From the NCBI RefSeq assembly GCF_008000775.2, contig NZ_CP042905.2, forward strand, positions 3,840,001-3,872,000: a stretch of DNA of 32,000 nucleotides. The letters run 5' to 3'. Made by a program: the position numbers and the translations under genes. Within the stretch, counting starts at the first letter, position 1. Every line of letters begins with the position of its first letter. Under the pieces are notes generated by a model. That model was not told where the DNA came from. It did not search any database and saw only the letters and a list, made by a program, of their open reading frames with translations. Positions 1 through 10,177 of the stretch are shown here, one piece after another. The stretch comes from Promethearchaeum syntrophicum (lineage in GTDB: Archaea > Asgardarchaeota > Lokiarchaeia > Sigyniarchaeales > Promethearchaeaceae).

Positions 1-988
1 TCAAATCTGCTCGATAATGTTCTAATTCATACAAATATTTCATTTTTTCTTCTCCCCCATTCAATTTTAAATATTCTTCGAAATTTGAAACTCCAAAAAC
101 ATATTTATCCAACCATAGTTTCAAACCCTCATCAGTCTTAGACATATCTAACCACTCACTTATCGCAACTTCATCAAAATAATATTGCCCAGGCATATTA
201 CACGGGTGAGAACCATATTTTACCTCGATGACAGCATCAACAAAAAATCCGGGAATCAACGTTTCCCAAGGTTTTTTTCTGATTTCTTCATTATCAATAA
301 TTTTTTCTGTGGTTACTACCAATTTTTTGGCTGCACGAGCTAATTCAAAGTCTTCAACTACATATCCATCATATTGACAATTCCCAAATTTATCCGCTCG
401 TGGAACATGAATAAAAACAATATCAGGATTACATGAAGGAACTAAGCAGATCGGCTTCTTTGTCCAAGGATCTTCTACGACTTTCGCAGATGATTTTCTT
501 AATGTATCTGATCCAAGCATTGTTCGTGTTGGAACAAAGGGAACTCCCATCATTCCTCCCAAGAAACGCCATTGATGCCCAGCATTACTTATCTCAGAAA
601 CGACCTTTACTCGTCCAGATTCGACTGCATTTCGTCCACATTTTGAAAGACCCCGCATTTCATGCCCAAAACAATATGCCACCTCGATTTTGCTCAGAAT
701 TCCACCTCCAATCATAACATCAATGTCATGAACACCAGTTTTACCTAACATCGTAAGGTTTCGTTTTTTTTGCCGAATCATTTCAAAAATTCCAGCCATG
801 CTCACTCTAATATGCCCAAAACCACCCATGGCAATGACATCTCCATCACTAACATATTTTGAAACAGCATCTGATAAAGACATACGCTTGTCTACTAGTG
901 CACGAGATCGTTTAGCCATCCAAGCTCGGTTTTCATCGGGATCATGCCAACCTACTAATTCCCCAGTACCTTCTTCTAAGATTTTCAT
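1..988 (-). CDS. CoA-transferase family I, subunit A (glutaconate/3-oxoacid CoA-transferase alpha-like); the 3' end runs off the window
   Basis: Not in the ORF track because it is open to the window edge. My minus-strand translation from the ATG at 988 gives MKILEEGTGELVGWHDPDENRAWMAKRSRALVDKRMSLSDAVSKYVSDGDVIAMGGFGH..., which carries the GGFG motif and overall layout of CoA-transferase alpha subunits. The frame is still open at position 2. Confidence 0.75.
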   Translation of the reverse strand, partial: MKILEEGTGELVGWHDPDENRAWMAKRSRALVDKRMSLSDAVSKYVSDGDVIAMGGFGHIRVSMAGIFEMIRQKKRNLTMLGKTGVHDIDVMIGGGILSKIEVAYCFGHEMRGLSKCGRNAVESGRVKVVSEISNAGHQWRFLGGMMGVPFVPTRTMLGSDTLRKSSAKVVEDPWTKKPICLVPSCNPDIVFIHVPRADKFGNCQYDGYVVEDFELARAAKKLVVTTEKIIDNEEIRKKPWETLIPGFFVDAVIEVKYGSHPCNMPGQYYFDEVAISEWLDMSKTDEGLKLWLDKYVFGVSNFEEYLKLNGGEEKMKYLYELEHYRADL

Positions 989-1101
989 TGATAATCACAT
1001 TAATAATTCAAGATTTAGTTGAAATCTATTTAATTTTGAATTAAAATGTTTAGAATAATCTCGGATATTGAAGTAAGAATACACTAATAAGGAAAAAAAA
1101 A

Positions 1102-1644
1102 TTACTCTAAGTTTTGAATTTTTTTATTAAGAATTGATACAATAGAATCTGGATCTTTTACTGCAGGGATATACCCTTCAGGTCTTACAATACCAGTGTA
1201 TTGATACGCCATACCTATTGATCTTACTGTTTCAATTCTAATTGTATGGATTTTTAATATTCGATCTCTCACATTTTGAAATACTTCAATATTTTGAATA
1301 TTTTTAAGTGGAATGATTAATCTCTTTCGCGTAAAAGTCCCTGAACGAATAATAAGATTTTCTTCAGAAATTTCATAAACATAATTTTTAACATAACTTT
1401 TGGATAAGAAAATGCTGAAAATTATAGAAATTGAGAAAATGAATAATATTATTCCTATTGCATAAAACCAAATATTTGGAACTGGAATTCCATTTTTCGC
1501 AATGTTATAACTGTTTATTATGATACATACTATTAGAGCAACCAAGTTTATAAAAAATGAAAGAAAAATTGCTTCTAAAACTTGGTATTTTATATAAATT
1601 GGATCAATATGCCCTACAATTGATTTTTCACTATTCGAATCCAT
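1102..1644 (-). CDS. Membrane protein with a bacterial PH (bPH_2/YdbS-like) domain
   Basis: Two N-terminal hydrophobic helices are followed by LIIRSGTFTRKRLIIPLKNIQNIEVFQNVRDRILKIHTIRIET, typical of membrane-flanked bPH_2 domains. Confidence 0.6.
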   Translation of the reverse strand: MDSNSEKSIVGHIDPIYIKYQVLEAIFLSFFINLVALIVCIIINSYNIAKNGIPVPNIWFYAIGIILFIFSISIIFSIFLSKSYVKNYVYEISEENLIIRSGTFTRKRLIIPLKNIQNIEVFQNVRDRILKIHTIRIETVRSIGMAYQYTGIVRPEGYIPAVKDPDSIVSILNKKIQNLE

Positions 1645-1799
1645 TTTTCTTCAAAATCTCCTCAATTTCATATTTCATTTATAATATAATCAAGGTTATT
1701 ACGTAAATATCTGTTTGCTAGTAAAAAAATTTTTCAGTTAATTTTTGATATTCTTTATATTGTACAAATTAATTAATTAATCAAAATTGGAAATATCGA

Positions 1800-2996
1800 A
1801 TGAAGAAAATGAAAGAAATATCTCGAAAAATTATTGCCACTTTCCTTATTGTCGGTACAGTTATGTCAATAATTGTGTTCCATTCTCTCGACAAAAATTT
1901 TTTTAATCCAAAAGAAAAAGGTGCATGGGTATTATGGAATGAAAACCCTGCATCAGAGGCAATTATTTCTTGGGAATCAACTAATTTAGAAGATAGTACT
2001 GTTTATTATGGTGAAAACTTAAATTTATTAAATTATTCGATTTTAAATCCCACTTTAACTGAAATTCATCATATAATACTAACAGATTTGAAATCAAACA
2101 CTAAATATTATTACAAAATCGGCTCTTCTGAAAAAATGAAAGATGAAATCAATGTATTTCAAACTGCTCCGGATAATGAAAATTCATCTTTTACTTTTAT
2201 GGCAATATCAGATACCCAACAAACTAGTTGGTCAAACGGATTTTGTGATAAAGTTGCGGGAAAACTTAAAACCAACATATTTGAATATGATTTTTTGATG
2301 AATGTGGGAGATTTCGTATGGAATGGTGAAGATCAATCAGATTGGGATGATTTTTTTAATACATATAAAGAAGTTTTTAATAAAACGGTGCTTGTTCCTG
2401 TTATTGGTAACCACGATTCCAGCTATCCCAAGGTAAACGAATCAAGTACTCAATCTAAATTTCCATCCTACTTTCCTCTCTCTTCTAACTCTAATTTCTA
2501 TGCATATTCTTTCAATTATTCAATGGTTCACTTCACCATATGCGACTTTCAATATGGTTCAGAAGATGAATTCGAAAATTTAAGACAAAGCCAATTAGAA
2601 TGGTTAAAAAATGACTTAGAACAAGCACAAAATTCTAAATATAGAATTGTCTCTTTCCATTGTCCGATAGAAGCCAGTGGATTTCATGGAATAAATGAAG
2701 ATATGGTAGAGAATTTACTCCCTATTCTTAAAACCTATAATGTTTCACTGATTTTAAACGGTCACGATCACCACTATGAACACGTCATTTGTGATGGAAT
2801 TGATTCTATAATCTTAGGAGGGGGAGGTTCATTTCAAGATCCTCATGCAATCCTAATAAACGATTGCCAAAACATGGTTTTTGGGTTAACCTACACAAGT
2901 ATATCAGTAAATAATGATTACATTCAGGTGAATACATTTACTCTAGATGATGATCTTGTAGATTCGTTTAAGATTCAATCGAGGCGCGATGATTAA
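1800..2996 (+). CDS. Membrane-anchored calcineurin-like metallophosphoesterase (purple acid phosphatase-like)
   Basis: It has an N-terminal signal/anchor helix. A PAP-type N-terminal beta domain (ISWESTN...YYYKIGS) follows. The metallophosphoesterase motifs are ISDTQ, GDFVWNG, GNHD and NGHDHHYEH. Confidence 0.8.
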   Translation: MKKMKEISRKIIATFLIVGTVMSIIVFHSLDKNFFNPKEKGAWVLWNENPASEAIISWESTNLEDSTVYYGENLNLLNYSILNPTLTEIHHIILTDLKSNTKYYYKIGSSEKMKDEINVFQTAPDNENSSFTFMAISDTQQTSWSNGFCDKVAGKLKTNIFEYDFLMNVGDFVWNGEDQSDWDDFFNTYKEVFNKTVLVPVIGNHDSSYPKVNESSTQSKFPSYFPLSSNSNFYAYSFNYSMVHFTICDFQYGSEDEFENLRQSQLEWLKNDLEQAQNSKYRIVSFHCPIEASGFHGINEDMVENLLPILKTYNVSLILNGHDHHYEHVICDGIDSIILGGGGSFQDPHAILINDCQNMVFGLTYTSISVNNDYIQVNTFTLDDDLVDSFKIQSRRDD

Positions 2997-3604
2997 TGGC
3001 GGAGGTAGAATTTGTTATTAATGTTTTCTATTTAATGTGGGGTCTTATCCCTATTCAATCTATTTTGGTGATATTGCAGATTTGGAATTTAGATTATAGA
3101 TTTGTGAGTCCAACGCGGCACATTTCAGGATTATTAACGATAGTTGGGATGATATTTGCATGTTTAAGTTATCATGCATTTTTTGGATATTTTTATAATG
3201 TATTATTTACAGATATCGGCTCTTTTGCTACCTTGAAGTATTTTATTGTTCCTTATTTGCTCTGTGTTATAATTGGAACGATTTATTTGATTGTTGCTTT
3301 TTTTGCGGTTACTACCAGAAATTTATTAATTCTACATACTATGGTAATAATATACGAAGTTTTAGCTTATTATGTTATACTCCCCGCGTTTAAAAATGTT
3401 GATGGAGTATTTTTGGTATTTCTCCCCGTGTTTTTCTATGGATTTGAATTTCTTCCCATTTTTCAGAAGGATAAACTATTATGGGAAAATCGAGAAAAAT
3501 TCGGTCAAATTTTTAATATTTATTTAAACGGATTTATATGGTTCGTCTGTGTTATTGAACTCATCCTTCAATTAAGGGGATATTCTATAATTATATGGAA
3601 ATAG
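2996..3604 (+). CDS. Polytopic membrane protein, unknown function
   Basis: Five to six hydrophobic segments. Its start overlaps the stop of the upstream phosphoesterase (TAATG), which suggests co-translation. Confidence 0.55.
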   Translation: MAEVEFVINVFYLMWGLIPIQSILVILQIWNLDYRFVSPTRHISGLLTIVGMIFACLSYHAFFGYFYNVLFTDIGSFATLKYFIVPYLLCVIIGTIYLIVAFFAVTTRNLLILHTMVIIYEVLAYYVILPAFKNVDGVFLVFLPVFFYGFEFLPIFQKDKLLWENREKFGQIFNIYLNGFIWFVCVIELILQLRGYSIIIWK

Positions 3605-3629
3605 GAAAAAATAAATTGCTACCAAATTT

Positions 3630-6600
3630 TTAGTGCTGATCTATAAGAGGGAGAGTTATATAAAATACTGTTCCATGATCTACTCTACTTTCTATGTTAA
3701 TCGAGCCGTCAAATTTGTTCGTGATAATATGATATACCATTGAAAGCCCCAAACCCCGTCCTTTGATCTTACTAGCCCCGCTTCCAGTCTTTGTAGTGAA
3801 AAAAGGAATGAACATCTGTTTTAAATTTTTTTCTGGAATACCTCTTCCAGAATCCATGAAATTCACAACAATATGCGTATTTTTCTGTTCACCCTCTGGA
3901 AAGGATATATCAATTTTAATAAAATCTAATGTTGTCGCCCCATTTTTTTTTTCTTCAATTGCATGGATCGAATTTATCCCCAGGTTTAATAATACTTGGT
4001 TAAACTCCACAGGATTACCCTTTATAAAATAACGATTTTTGGGAATAGAATTTTCTTTTTGGATAAGTCGATTTGTTGTATTCTTCATGAAATTGATCAC
4101 TTCATCTACTATAACAGATAAATCGAAGATTTCTGCTTTTTCTTTACGAATATCTTGTGAAGAAAATTCTTGTAACTGTTTTATTATCGATTTTGCCCGT
4201 TCACTCGCCGTAGAAATATCATTTATAATGAGATTGTGTTCTTCTGATAGATGATCCGCATCCATTTGGAGTAAAGATACGTTGCCTAAAATTACTGCTA
4301 AAATATTATTAAAATCATGAGCGATACCGCCAGCAAAATTACCAATATAATCCATTCTTTGTCTAATTTCCAATTCTGCTTCAATATTTTTTTGATGAGT
4401 AAGATCCGATAAAGCTCCGATAACTTTAATTAGTTTTCCTGAAGCATCTCTGAAAAATTCTACTGAATTATGCCAATGCCTAATTTTACCATCTTTCCGA
4501 ATAATTCGAAAGTCATAATCAGCATTTTTTCTACTTTCACGGGTTATTATTACCTCAGATTTTATTCGTTCGATATCATCCGGATGTATAAATTTCATAA
4601 AAGCAGTCATTCTCTTTGGGATTTCATCGTCACCAATTTTTAAATGCTCAGCAATATCTCCAAACCAATATACTGAATGTTTTTTGACGTCATATTCAAA
4701 AATAATATCGGATACGTTTTGAGCTACTGTTCGAAAACGTTCCTTCGATACTTTAAGTGCTTCTTCATATCTATATTTTTGAGTAATATCAGATATCGCG
4801 CTAATTGCTTTTTGTGGAAGCCCGTGCGAATCTCTAATAAGTTTTGTGTTATCGCGACAATATATTATATCTCCATCTTTACGAACAAGTCTATATGTAA
4901 AATCCTTTTTATCTTCCTTAGATGCTAAGAATTTTACCATTTCTTTTTCAATAATTAACCGGTCTTCATCATGAATGAAATCATAGAATTTTTTGGGAGA
5001 TTTATTTAATTCTTTCTCAGATATTCCAAGTAACGATTCAAGACCCCCAAAAGTTTTCACATTCTTGTCATTATAATCATATTCGTAGATCAAATCACTT
5101 GTGTTTTCGGCGACCATACGAAATCTACTTTCTGATTGTTGGAGAATTTGCTCAAATTTATTTTTTTCAGTAATGTCTGAAAGAGCTCCAATAACTTTTA
5201 TTGGTTTTCCACTCTTATTCCGAATAACTCTCATAACATCACGAATATTTCGTACTTCACGATCTTTTTTTATTATACGATATTCGAGAACCATTCGTTC
5301 CTTAGTAGATGCACTTAAATCTTCAATTTGCTTGGTGATTTTTCTTTGATCTGATGGGTGTAAACGGGAAATTACTTCATCAAAATTTTTAGGTATTTCA
5401 TCAGATTTTAATCCATAGAAATTTTCTACATCTCCAAACCAAGCTATTTTTTTTCCACCTGAAGTAAATTCATATATTAGATCAGACCCATTTTCTGCAA
5501 CAATGCGAAATCTCTCTTCAGATTCACGTAAAGCTTGTTCAATAATATGTTTTTCAGTAATATCAGAAAGTGCCCCAATTACTTTTAAATGCTTTCCGGT
5601 TTCCGGGTCCCTGATAACCGTGGTTGTATCATGGCAGAAACGGACACTTCCATCTTTTCTTACAATTCGATAATCAAGATCCAAACGAGATTCTTTAGAT
5701 GCAAGGAATTTATTCGTAGCATCTCTAACTCTATCGCGATCCTCTTCAAATATAAAATCATAACTATTAGAAGGAGGAATAGGAATTTCGTCTTGAGAAA
5801 CTCCGAAGAAGCCTACAATATCTCCAAACATATTTACTTCTTCTTTCACATAATTATATTCAAATATGATATCACTTGATTTACTGGCTACAATCCGAAA
5901 TCTTTCTTCAGATTCACGAAGAGCTTGCTCGGTTGCATATTTTTCGGTAATATCATTTAAAACACCAATAACTTTTAATGCTTTTCCTGCGTCATTCCGT
6001 ATGATTTCTAAGGATCCTTGCCATAATCTCTCCTTTTCATCACTTGGGATTATTCTACATTTCAAAAATCCATGAATTTGATTTTTATCTTCTATTAGCA
6101 TTTGAATTTTCTTTTTAATCCGTTCACTATCATCCACGTGTATAAATTTAGATAATTCTTCAAAAGTTTCTGGAATTTGTTCGTTCGAAATTTTTAGCAG
6201 AAATTGAAGTTCCCCAAACCAAATAAATTTATGTTCAACAACATCATATTCATAGATTACATCAGACACATTCTGAGCAGCAATTTTAAATCTTTCTTCA
6301 GATTCACGAAGAGCTTGCTCAATTTCGATTTGATCAGTTATATCAAGAATAAAACCGTAATAATAAAGTGTATTACCAAATTTATCCAATTCATCCCATG
6401 TATGGTCAAAAATCCATCTGATCTCACCAGATTTCGTAATAATTCGATATTTCTGCAAAAAAGATTTAGTTTGATTCTTCACATGGTGTTGACTTTCTGA
6501 ACGAATTTTCGGTAAATCTTCAGGATGTACAATATCACTATATACTGTTTTATGGTTAAGAAAATCTTCTTGAGAGTACCCAAATTGAGATATATTTTCT

Positions 6601-6701
6601 GAAACATATAAAACGGGTTCATTAGGAACTGGATTCCAAATGAAAATAATAATTGGGGAATGATTAATGAAACTTTCGAAATTTAGAATATCCGATTTCA
6701 T
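3630..6701 (-). CDS. Multi-PAS sensor histidine kinase (about 6 PAS modules, HisKA and HATPase_c)
   Basis: Repeated PAS modules are each introduced by EQALRESEERF(R/K)IVA-type linkers. The H-box is GGIAHDFNNIL and the ATPase G-box is GRGLGLSMV. Confidence 0.9.
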   Translation of the reverse strand: MKSDILNFESFINHSPIIIFIWNPVPNEPVLYVSENISQFGYSQEDFLNHKTVYSDIVHPEDLPKIRSESQHHVKNQTKSFLQKYRIITKSGEIRWIFDHTWDELDKFGNTLYYYGFILDITDQIEIEQALRESEERFKIAAQNVSDVIYEYDVVEHKFIWFGELQFLLKISNEQIPETFEELSKFIHVDDSERIKKKIQMLIEDKNQIHGFLKCRIIPSDEKERLWQGSLEIIRNDAGKALKVIGVLNDITEKYATEQALRESEERFRIVASKSSDIIFEYNYVKEEVNMFGDIVGFFGVSQDEIPIPPSNSYDFIFEEDRDRVRDATNKFLASKESRLDLDYRIVRKDGSVRFCHDTTTVIRDPETGKHLKVIGALSDITEKHIIEQALRESEERFRIVAENGSDLIYEFTSGGKKIAWFGDVENFYGLKSDEIPKNFDEVISRLHPSDQRKITKQIEDLSASTKERMVLEYRIIKKDREVRNIRDVMRVIRNKSGKPIKVIGALSDITEKNKFEQILQQSESRFRMVAENTSDLIYEYDYNDKNVKTFGGLESLLGISEKELNKSPKKFYDFIHDEDRLIIEKEMVKFLASKEDKKDFTYRLVRKDGDIIYCRDNTKLIRDSHGLPQKAISAISDITQKYRYEEALKVSKERFRTVAQNVSDIIFEYDVKKHSVYWFGDIAEHLKIGDDEIPKRMTAFMKFIHPDDIERIKSEVIITRESRKNADYDFRIIRKDGKIRHWHNSVEFFRDASGKLIKVIGALSDLTHQKNIEAELEIRQRMDYIGNFAGGIAHDFNNILAVILGNVSLLQMDADHLSEEHNLIINDISTASERAKSIIKQLQEFSSQDIRKEKAEIFDLSVIVDEVINFMKNTTNRLIQKENSIPKNRYFIKGNPVEFNQVLLNLGINSIHAIEEKKNGATTLDFIKIDISFPEGEQKNTHIVVNFMDSGRGIPEKNLKQMFIPFFTTKTGSGASKIKGRGLGLSMVYHIITNKFDGSINIESRVDHGTVFYITLPLIDQH

Positions 6702-6851
6702 ACACGTTATTTTATAATTATTCTCACGTAAAGATTTTTCGTGATAATTTTCTAAGATTTCTTAATAAATCTTAATTCGGTTTTGGGCATTTTAAAAGTT
6801 AATAATATTCGTTTTTTTAATATGAATCAAATTTCCTTTCTCATTGCTCTG

Positions 6852-7616
6852 TTATTTCTTAAGTTTTGGTAGGAGATATACCCAAGATACAAACCAGATA
6901 CAAATAGCCAATAGATAATTCCATTCCAAAAAGGGATAAATTGCAGCCACGAATACAATTTTGGATGAAAGAATTGATGAAAACACACACCCGGCACCAG
7001 AAAATAAGAAATAAATTAAGAATCCTAAAGCTTTTTTCGAATTTCTTAAATAATTACCCAACGGGCTGTTCTTAGAAGCAAGTATGATGAAACCCAAAAT
7101 CGCAGATATATAGTAACCAACAAATGCAAATATAGATGCAAGATTATGATAAGTCCCATAATCTACTGGAATTGCGCCCACAAAACTAAACGAGACAGCA
7201 GCAATTAGAGCAAAAATAGTTGAAATTTTAGACCATAGAGGATTTATATAGAAAATCTTTTTATATACTAACAAATTGTGTGGAATATGAGCGATCCCAT
7301 TAATTAAAACTCCAATTCTCCAAACAATCCCCCCAATAGGATTTAATATTATACTACCCTGTTCACTTATCGTGTTTATGAAATAATTAAATCTAGTAGG
7401 AAATTTTGCTTGTGCTATTATCGAAACAACCGCTAAACCAAGTAAAATGCTCCATGTATAGATAAAATGCACCCAATTTTCCATTCCTTTTGAATAAATC
7501 TTTTTTTTATTTATTCCGCTTTTTAGATATATTTCTTTTTTTTTACTTTCTTTTTCATAAATTTCTTGGGGTTCAGTATTTGTATAAAAAATTTCTTCAA
7601 AATCATCATTATGCAT
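6852..7616 (-). CDS. Polytopic membrane protein (possibly DUF998-like)
   Basis: Six predicted TM segments. NTISEQGS after TM1 resembles the DUF998 signature as I remember it. A Lys-rich N-terminal tail means the true start may be the internal Met (MENWVHF). Confidence 0.5.
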   Translation of the reverse strand: MHNDDFEEIFYTNTEPQEIYEKESKKKEIYLKSGINKKKIYSKGMENWVHFIYTWSILLGLAVVSIIAQAKFPTRFNYFINTISEQGSIILNPIGGIVWRIGVLINGIAHIPHNLLVYKKIFYINPLWSKISTIFALIAAVSFSFVGAIPVDYGTYHNLASIFAFVGYYISAILGFIILASKNSPLGNYLRNSKKALGFLIYFLFSGAGCVFSSILSSKIVFVAAIYPFLEWNYLLAICIWFVSWVYLLPKLKK

Positions 7617-7962
7617 TGTTTTTGCTCTCTTTGATCGAATTATAATAATTTACTTCATTGTAAAATTGTTGTTAAAACTACATACTACTATATTGATTTA
7701 ACAAGCACTTATTATTAAATTTATGGAAAAAATTATTAAAAACCTTCTCTAAAAATCTACCAACCAAAAGATTTACGAGATAAAATAAACTCTCTATTTG
7801 TTTGAAATCAAAATTTACAATAATAATTTTCAAAGATAGGGAATAAAAAAATACTTTTCAGCTTAAATTGAATACATTAATTAAATATCCACTATACTTT
7901 CTGCATATAAATGAATATGATATTTAAATTTAAATCATTAAAGAAAAAATATTTATATTAAA

Positions 7963-8652
7963 TTAAATGAAGCGTGTTAATAATTCTCCTAACATTACTG
8001 ATCCACCTCGATTTTCTGGAGGATTTGTGGGAACATAATTATCCCAACTTCCTTTTCTTGTGATCGTTCCTTCTTCTTCTAATTTATTTAAAACTTGGTC
8101 CAAGGTTGAAGAATCAACTTTATTACCAAAAATTGCATGTAATCTCTGAAAATCAATGGAGCCAACCTCACAAATGAGGGAATTAATGACTATACTCAGA
8201 CGATATAATGCATTTCCTTCCAATTCAATTGAAATTTTGGGTTTAATTTCAAAAAATCTATCTAAAGTTTGTCGAATTAAAGCAGTTCGCGTTAAATAAC
8301 GCGATTGTCTATAAATATCCCACTCCTTAAGCGAATCTTTGTTTAATCTCAATGATATGTTCGTCAATAAGGAGGAAGAGTTTCTTTTTCCATTCTTGGT
8401 TAGGGTTTCTTCAATTTTAATAAGTTGTTTAAATTTACTACTGTTTTTTACTGCATCCATGATTTTTTTATTATCATAGTCTTCTTCCAAAGGATTTAAA
8501 GATAGATACCGATCAACTTTTGATATCAATAAACTTGATGGAGATTTCCCAATATTTGTTGCATATTGCCTCCAAAGATATTGCTCAGAAGGTAATAATT
8601 TAAATGAAATCACCCTAGGATTTCTTTTTATTTCTTTTTTTTTTTTTTCCAT
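7963..8652 (-). CDS. Putative DNA-binding protein with two ribbon-helix-helix-like motifs and a C-terminal winged helix
   Basis: The track ORF extends to 8820. I prefer the Met at 8652 (MEKKKKEIKRNPRVISFKL...) because the longer form would leave only 11 nt to the divergent EF-1alpha gene. The RHH-like patterns are RVISFKLLPSEQYLWRQYATNIGKSPSSLLISKVDRYL and NISLRLNKDSLKEWDIYRQSRYLTRTALIRQTLDRFF. The C-terminal segment LDQVLNKLEEEGTITRKG is wH-like. Confidence 0.5.
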   Translation of the reverse strand: MEKKKKEIKRNPRVISFKLLPSEQYLWRQYATNIGKSPSSLLISKVDRYLSLNPLEEDYDNKKIMDAVKNSSKFKQLIKIEETLTKNGKRNSSSLLTNISLRLNKDSLKEWDIYRQSRYLTRTALIRQTLDRFFEIKPKISIELEGNALYRLSIVINSLICEVGSIDFQRLHAIFGNKVDSSTLDQVLNKLEEEGTITRKGSWDNYVPTNPPENRGGSVMLGELLTRFI

Positions 8653-8831
8653 TATATCCCAATAACCATAAATTTTATATGTTTTAATAGAGAAAAACCC
8701 AGTAAGTATTACAAGTACTACAAAATTATTAAATAGATCTTTAATTTTCAAAGCCAAGATTTCAGAAAGAATCGGGAAAACAAAATTAAAATTTTTTCGA
8801 TTCTTTGTAGGAATTTTCAAAAAAAAAGTTA

Positions 8832-10145
8832 GTGAAAATCATGGCAAAAGATAAAGACCATATGAATTTAGTCATTATAGGCCACATCGACAACGGTAAA
8901 AGCACTATGATGGGTCATCTTCTCATTGCAACGGGTGCAGTCTCAGATCGTGAAGCCCGAGAAATGGAAAAAATGGCTAAAGATTTAGATCGTGAATCTT
9001 GGAAATTTGCATATTTCCTTGACAGACTTGCAGAAGAAAGAAAAAGAGGTATCACAATTGATCTCGCCTTCCGCAAATTCGAAACAAAATCAAAATACTT
9101 TACAATCATTGATGCCCCAGGACATCAAGATTTTGTTAAAAATATGATTACAGGTGCTTCTCAAGCAGATGCTGCAATTTTAGTATTTTCTGCAAAAACC
9201 AGTGAGTTTGCTGCAGCCATTTCAGATAATGGTCAAGGTCGCGAACATGCATTCTTAGCTCGAACATTAGGTGTGAAGAAAATTATCCTCGCAATTAATA
9301 AAATGGATGATGCCAGTGTGAATTATGGTGAAGGACGTTATAACGAAGTAAAGGATGAAGTTGAAAAACTCTTAAAAATTGTTGGATACAATACTGAAGC
9401 AGATGTAATATTCTTACCAGTTAGCGCTTTTGTTGGGGATAATTTAGCCGTAAAATCCGAAAACATGAAATGGTACACAGGTCCAACCCTTGTAGAAGCT
9501 TTAAATGATCTTCCAGTACCTTCCAAACCAACAGATAAAGCTTTAAGATTACCCGTTCAAGATGTTTACAAGATCAAAGGTTCTGGTGTCGTTCCAGTAG
9601 GTCGAATTGAAACAGGAATGATGAAAGTAGGTATGAAAGTAGCTGTTGCACCAACTGGATTTGAAGGTGAATTACGTTCAATTGAAATGCACCATGAAGC
9701 AATGCAAGAGGCAGGTCCAGGAGACAACGTAGGATATAACATTCGGGGAATTACCATGAAAGATGTCTATCGTGGTTGTGTGGTTGCTGATGCAGCTAAA
9801 CCGTGTACAGTTGTTACCCCAAAAGGTTCTATTTCCACGCATGTTATCGTTATCTGGCACCCAACCGCTGTTGCAGTGGGATATTGCCCAGTAGTTCATT
9901 CTCATACTGCTCAGATTGCATGCAAGTTTATGGAACTAACAAAGAAAATGGACCCAAAGACCGGTCAAGTAACCGAAGATAATCCACAATTCTTGAAGAA
10001 AGGAGATACAGCTGTTGTAAAACTCCAACCAATTAAGAAATTCCCACTTGAACGATACAAAGATTTCCCTGAATTAGGTCGAGTCGCAGTTCGTGATATG
10101 GGTCGAACAGTTTCTGTCGGTGTTGTATTAGATTTAACCGAATAA
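8832..10145 (+). CDS. tuf: Translation elongation factor EF-1 alpha (aEF-1A)
   Basis: GHIDNGKST (G1), DAPGH (G3) and NKMD (G4), with full-length collinearity to a/eEF1A. The real start is probably the ATG at 8841 (MAKDKDHMNLV). Confidence 0.97.
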   Translation: MKIMAKDKDHMNLVIIGHIDNGKSTMMGHLLIATGAVSDREAREMEKMAKDLDRESWKFAYFLDRLAEERKRGITIDLAFRKFETKSKYFTIIDAPGHQDFVKNMITGASQADAAILVFSAKTSEFAAAISDNGQGREHAFLARTLGVKKIILAINKMDDASVNYGEGRYNEVKDEVEKLLKIVGYNTEADVIFLPVSAFVGDNLAVKSENMKWYTGPTLVEALNDLPVPSKPTDKALRLPVQDVYKIKGSGVVPVGRIETGMMKVGMKVAVAPTGFEGELRSIEMHHEAMQEAGPGDNVGYNIRGITMKDVYRGCVVADAAKPCTVVTPKGSISTHVIVIWHPTAVAVGYCPVVHSHTAQIACKFMELTKKMDPKTGQVTEDNPQFLKKGDTAVVKLQPIKKFPLERYKDFPELGRVAVRDMGRTVSVGVVLDLTE

Positions 10146-10177
10146 GTTCGAAAATTATGAAGATAATTAATTTATCA

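Noticed and set aside
433-1022. Plus-strand track ORFs 433..717 and 798..1022
   Set aside because: They lie antisense inside a coherent minus-strand CoA-transferase reading frame that is open to the window edge. Their low-complexity translations contain no motifs.
3763-6500. Seven plus-strand ORFs (69-98 aa) within 3763..6500
   Set aside because: All are antisense to the 1023-aa PAS histidine kinase. Long antisense ORFs of this kind are expected in AT-rich coding DNA.
8653-8820. 56-aa N-terminal extension of the RHH/wH ORF
   Set aside because: Using the start at 8820 would leave 11 nt between two divergent genes, with no room for promoters, so the internal Met at 8652 is preferred. It is not fully excluded, because the extension contains a TM-like helix.
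8832-10145. EF-1alpha lacking the usual downstream rps10 neighbour, raising the question of a divergent EF-1alpha paralog
   Set aside because: The protein has all canonical G motifs and full-length collinearity with a/eEF1A. A missing S10 neighbour is weak evidence, and gene order varies among archaeal lineages.
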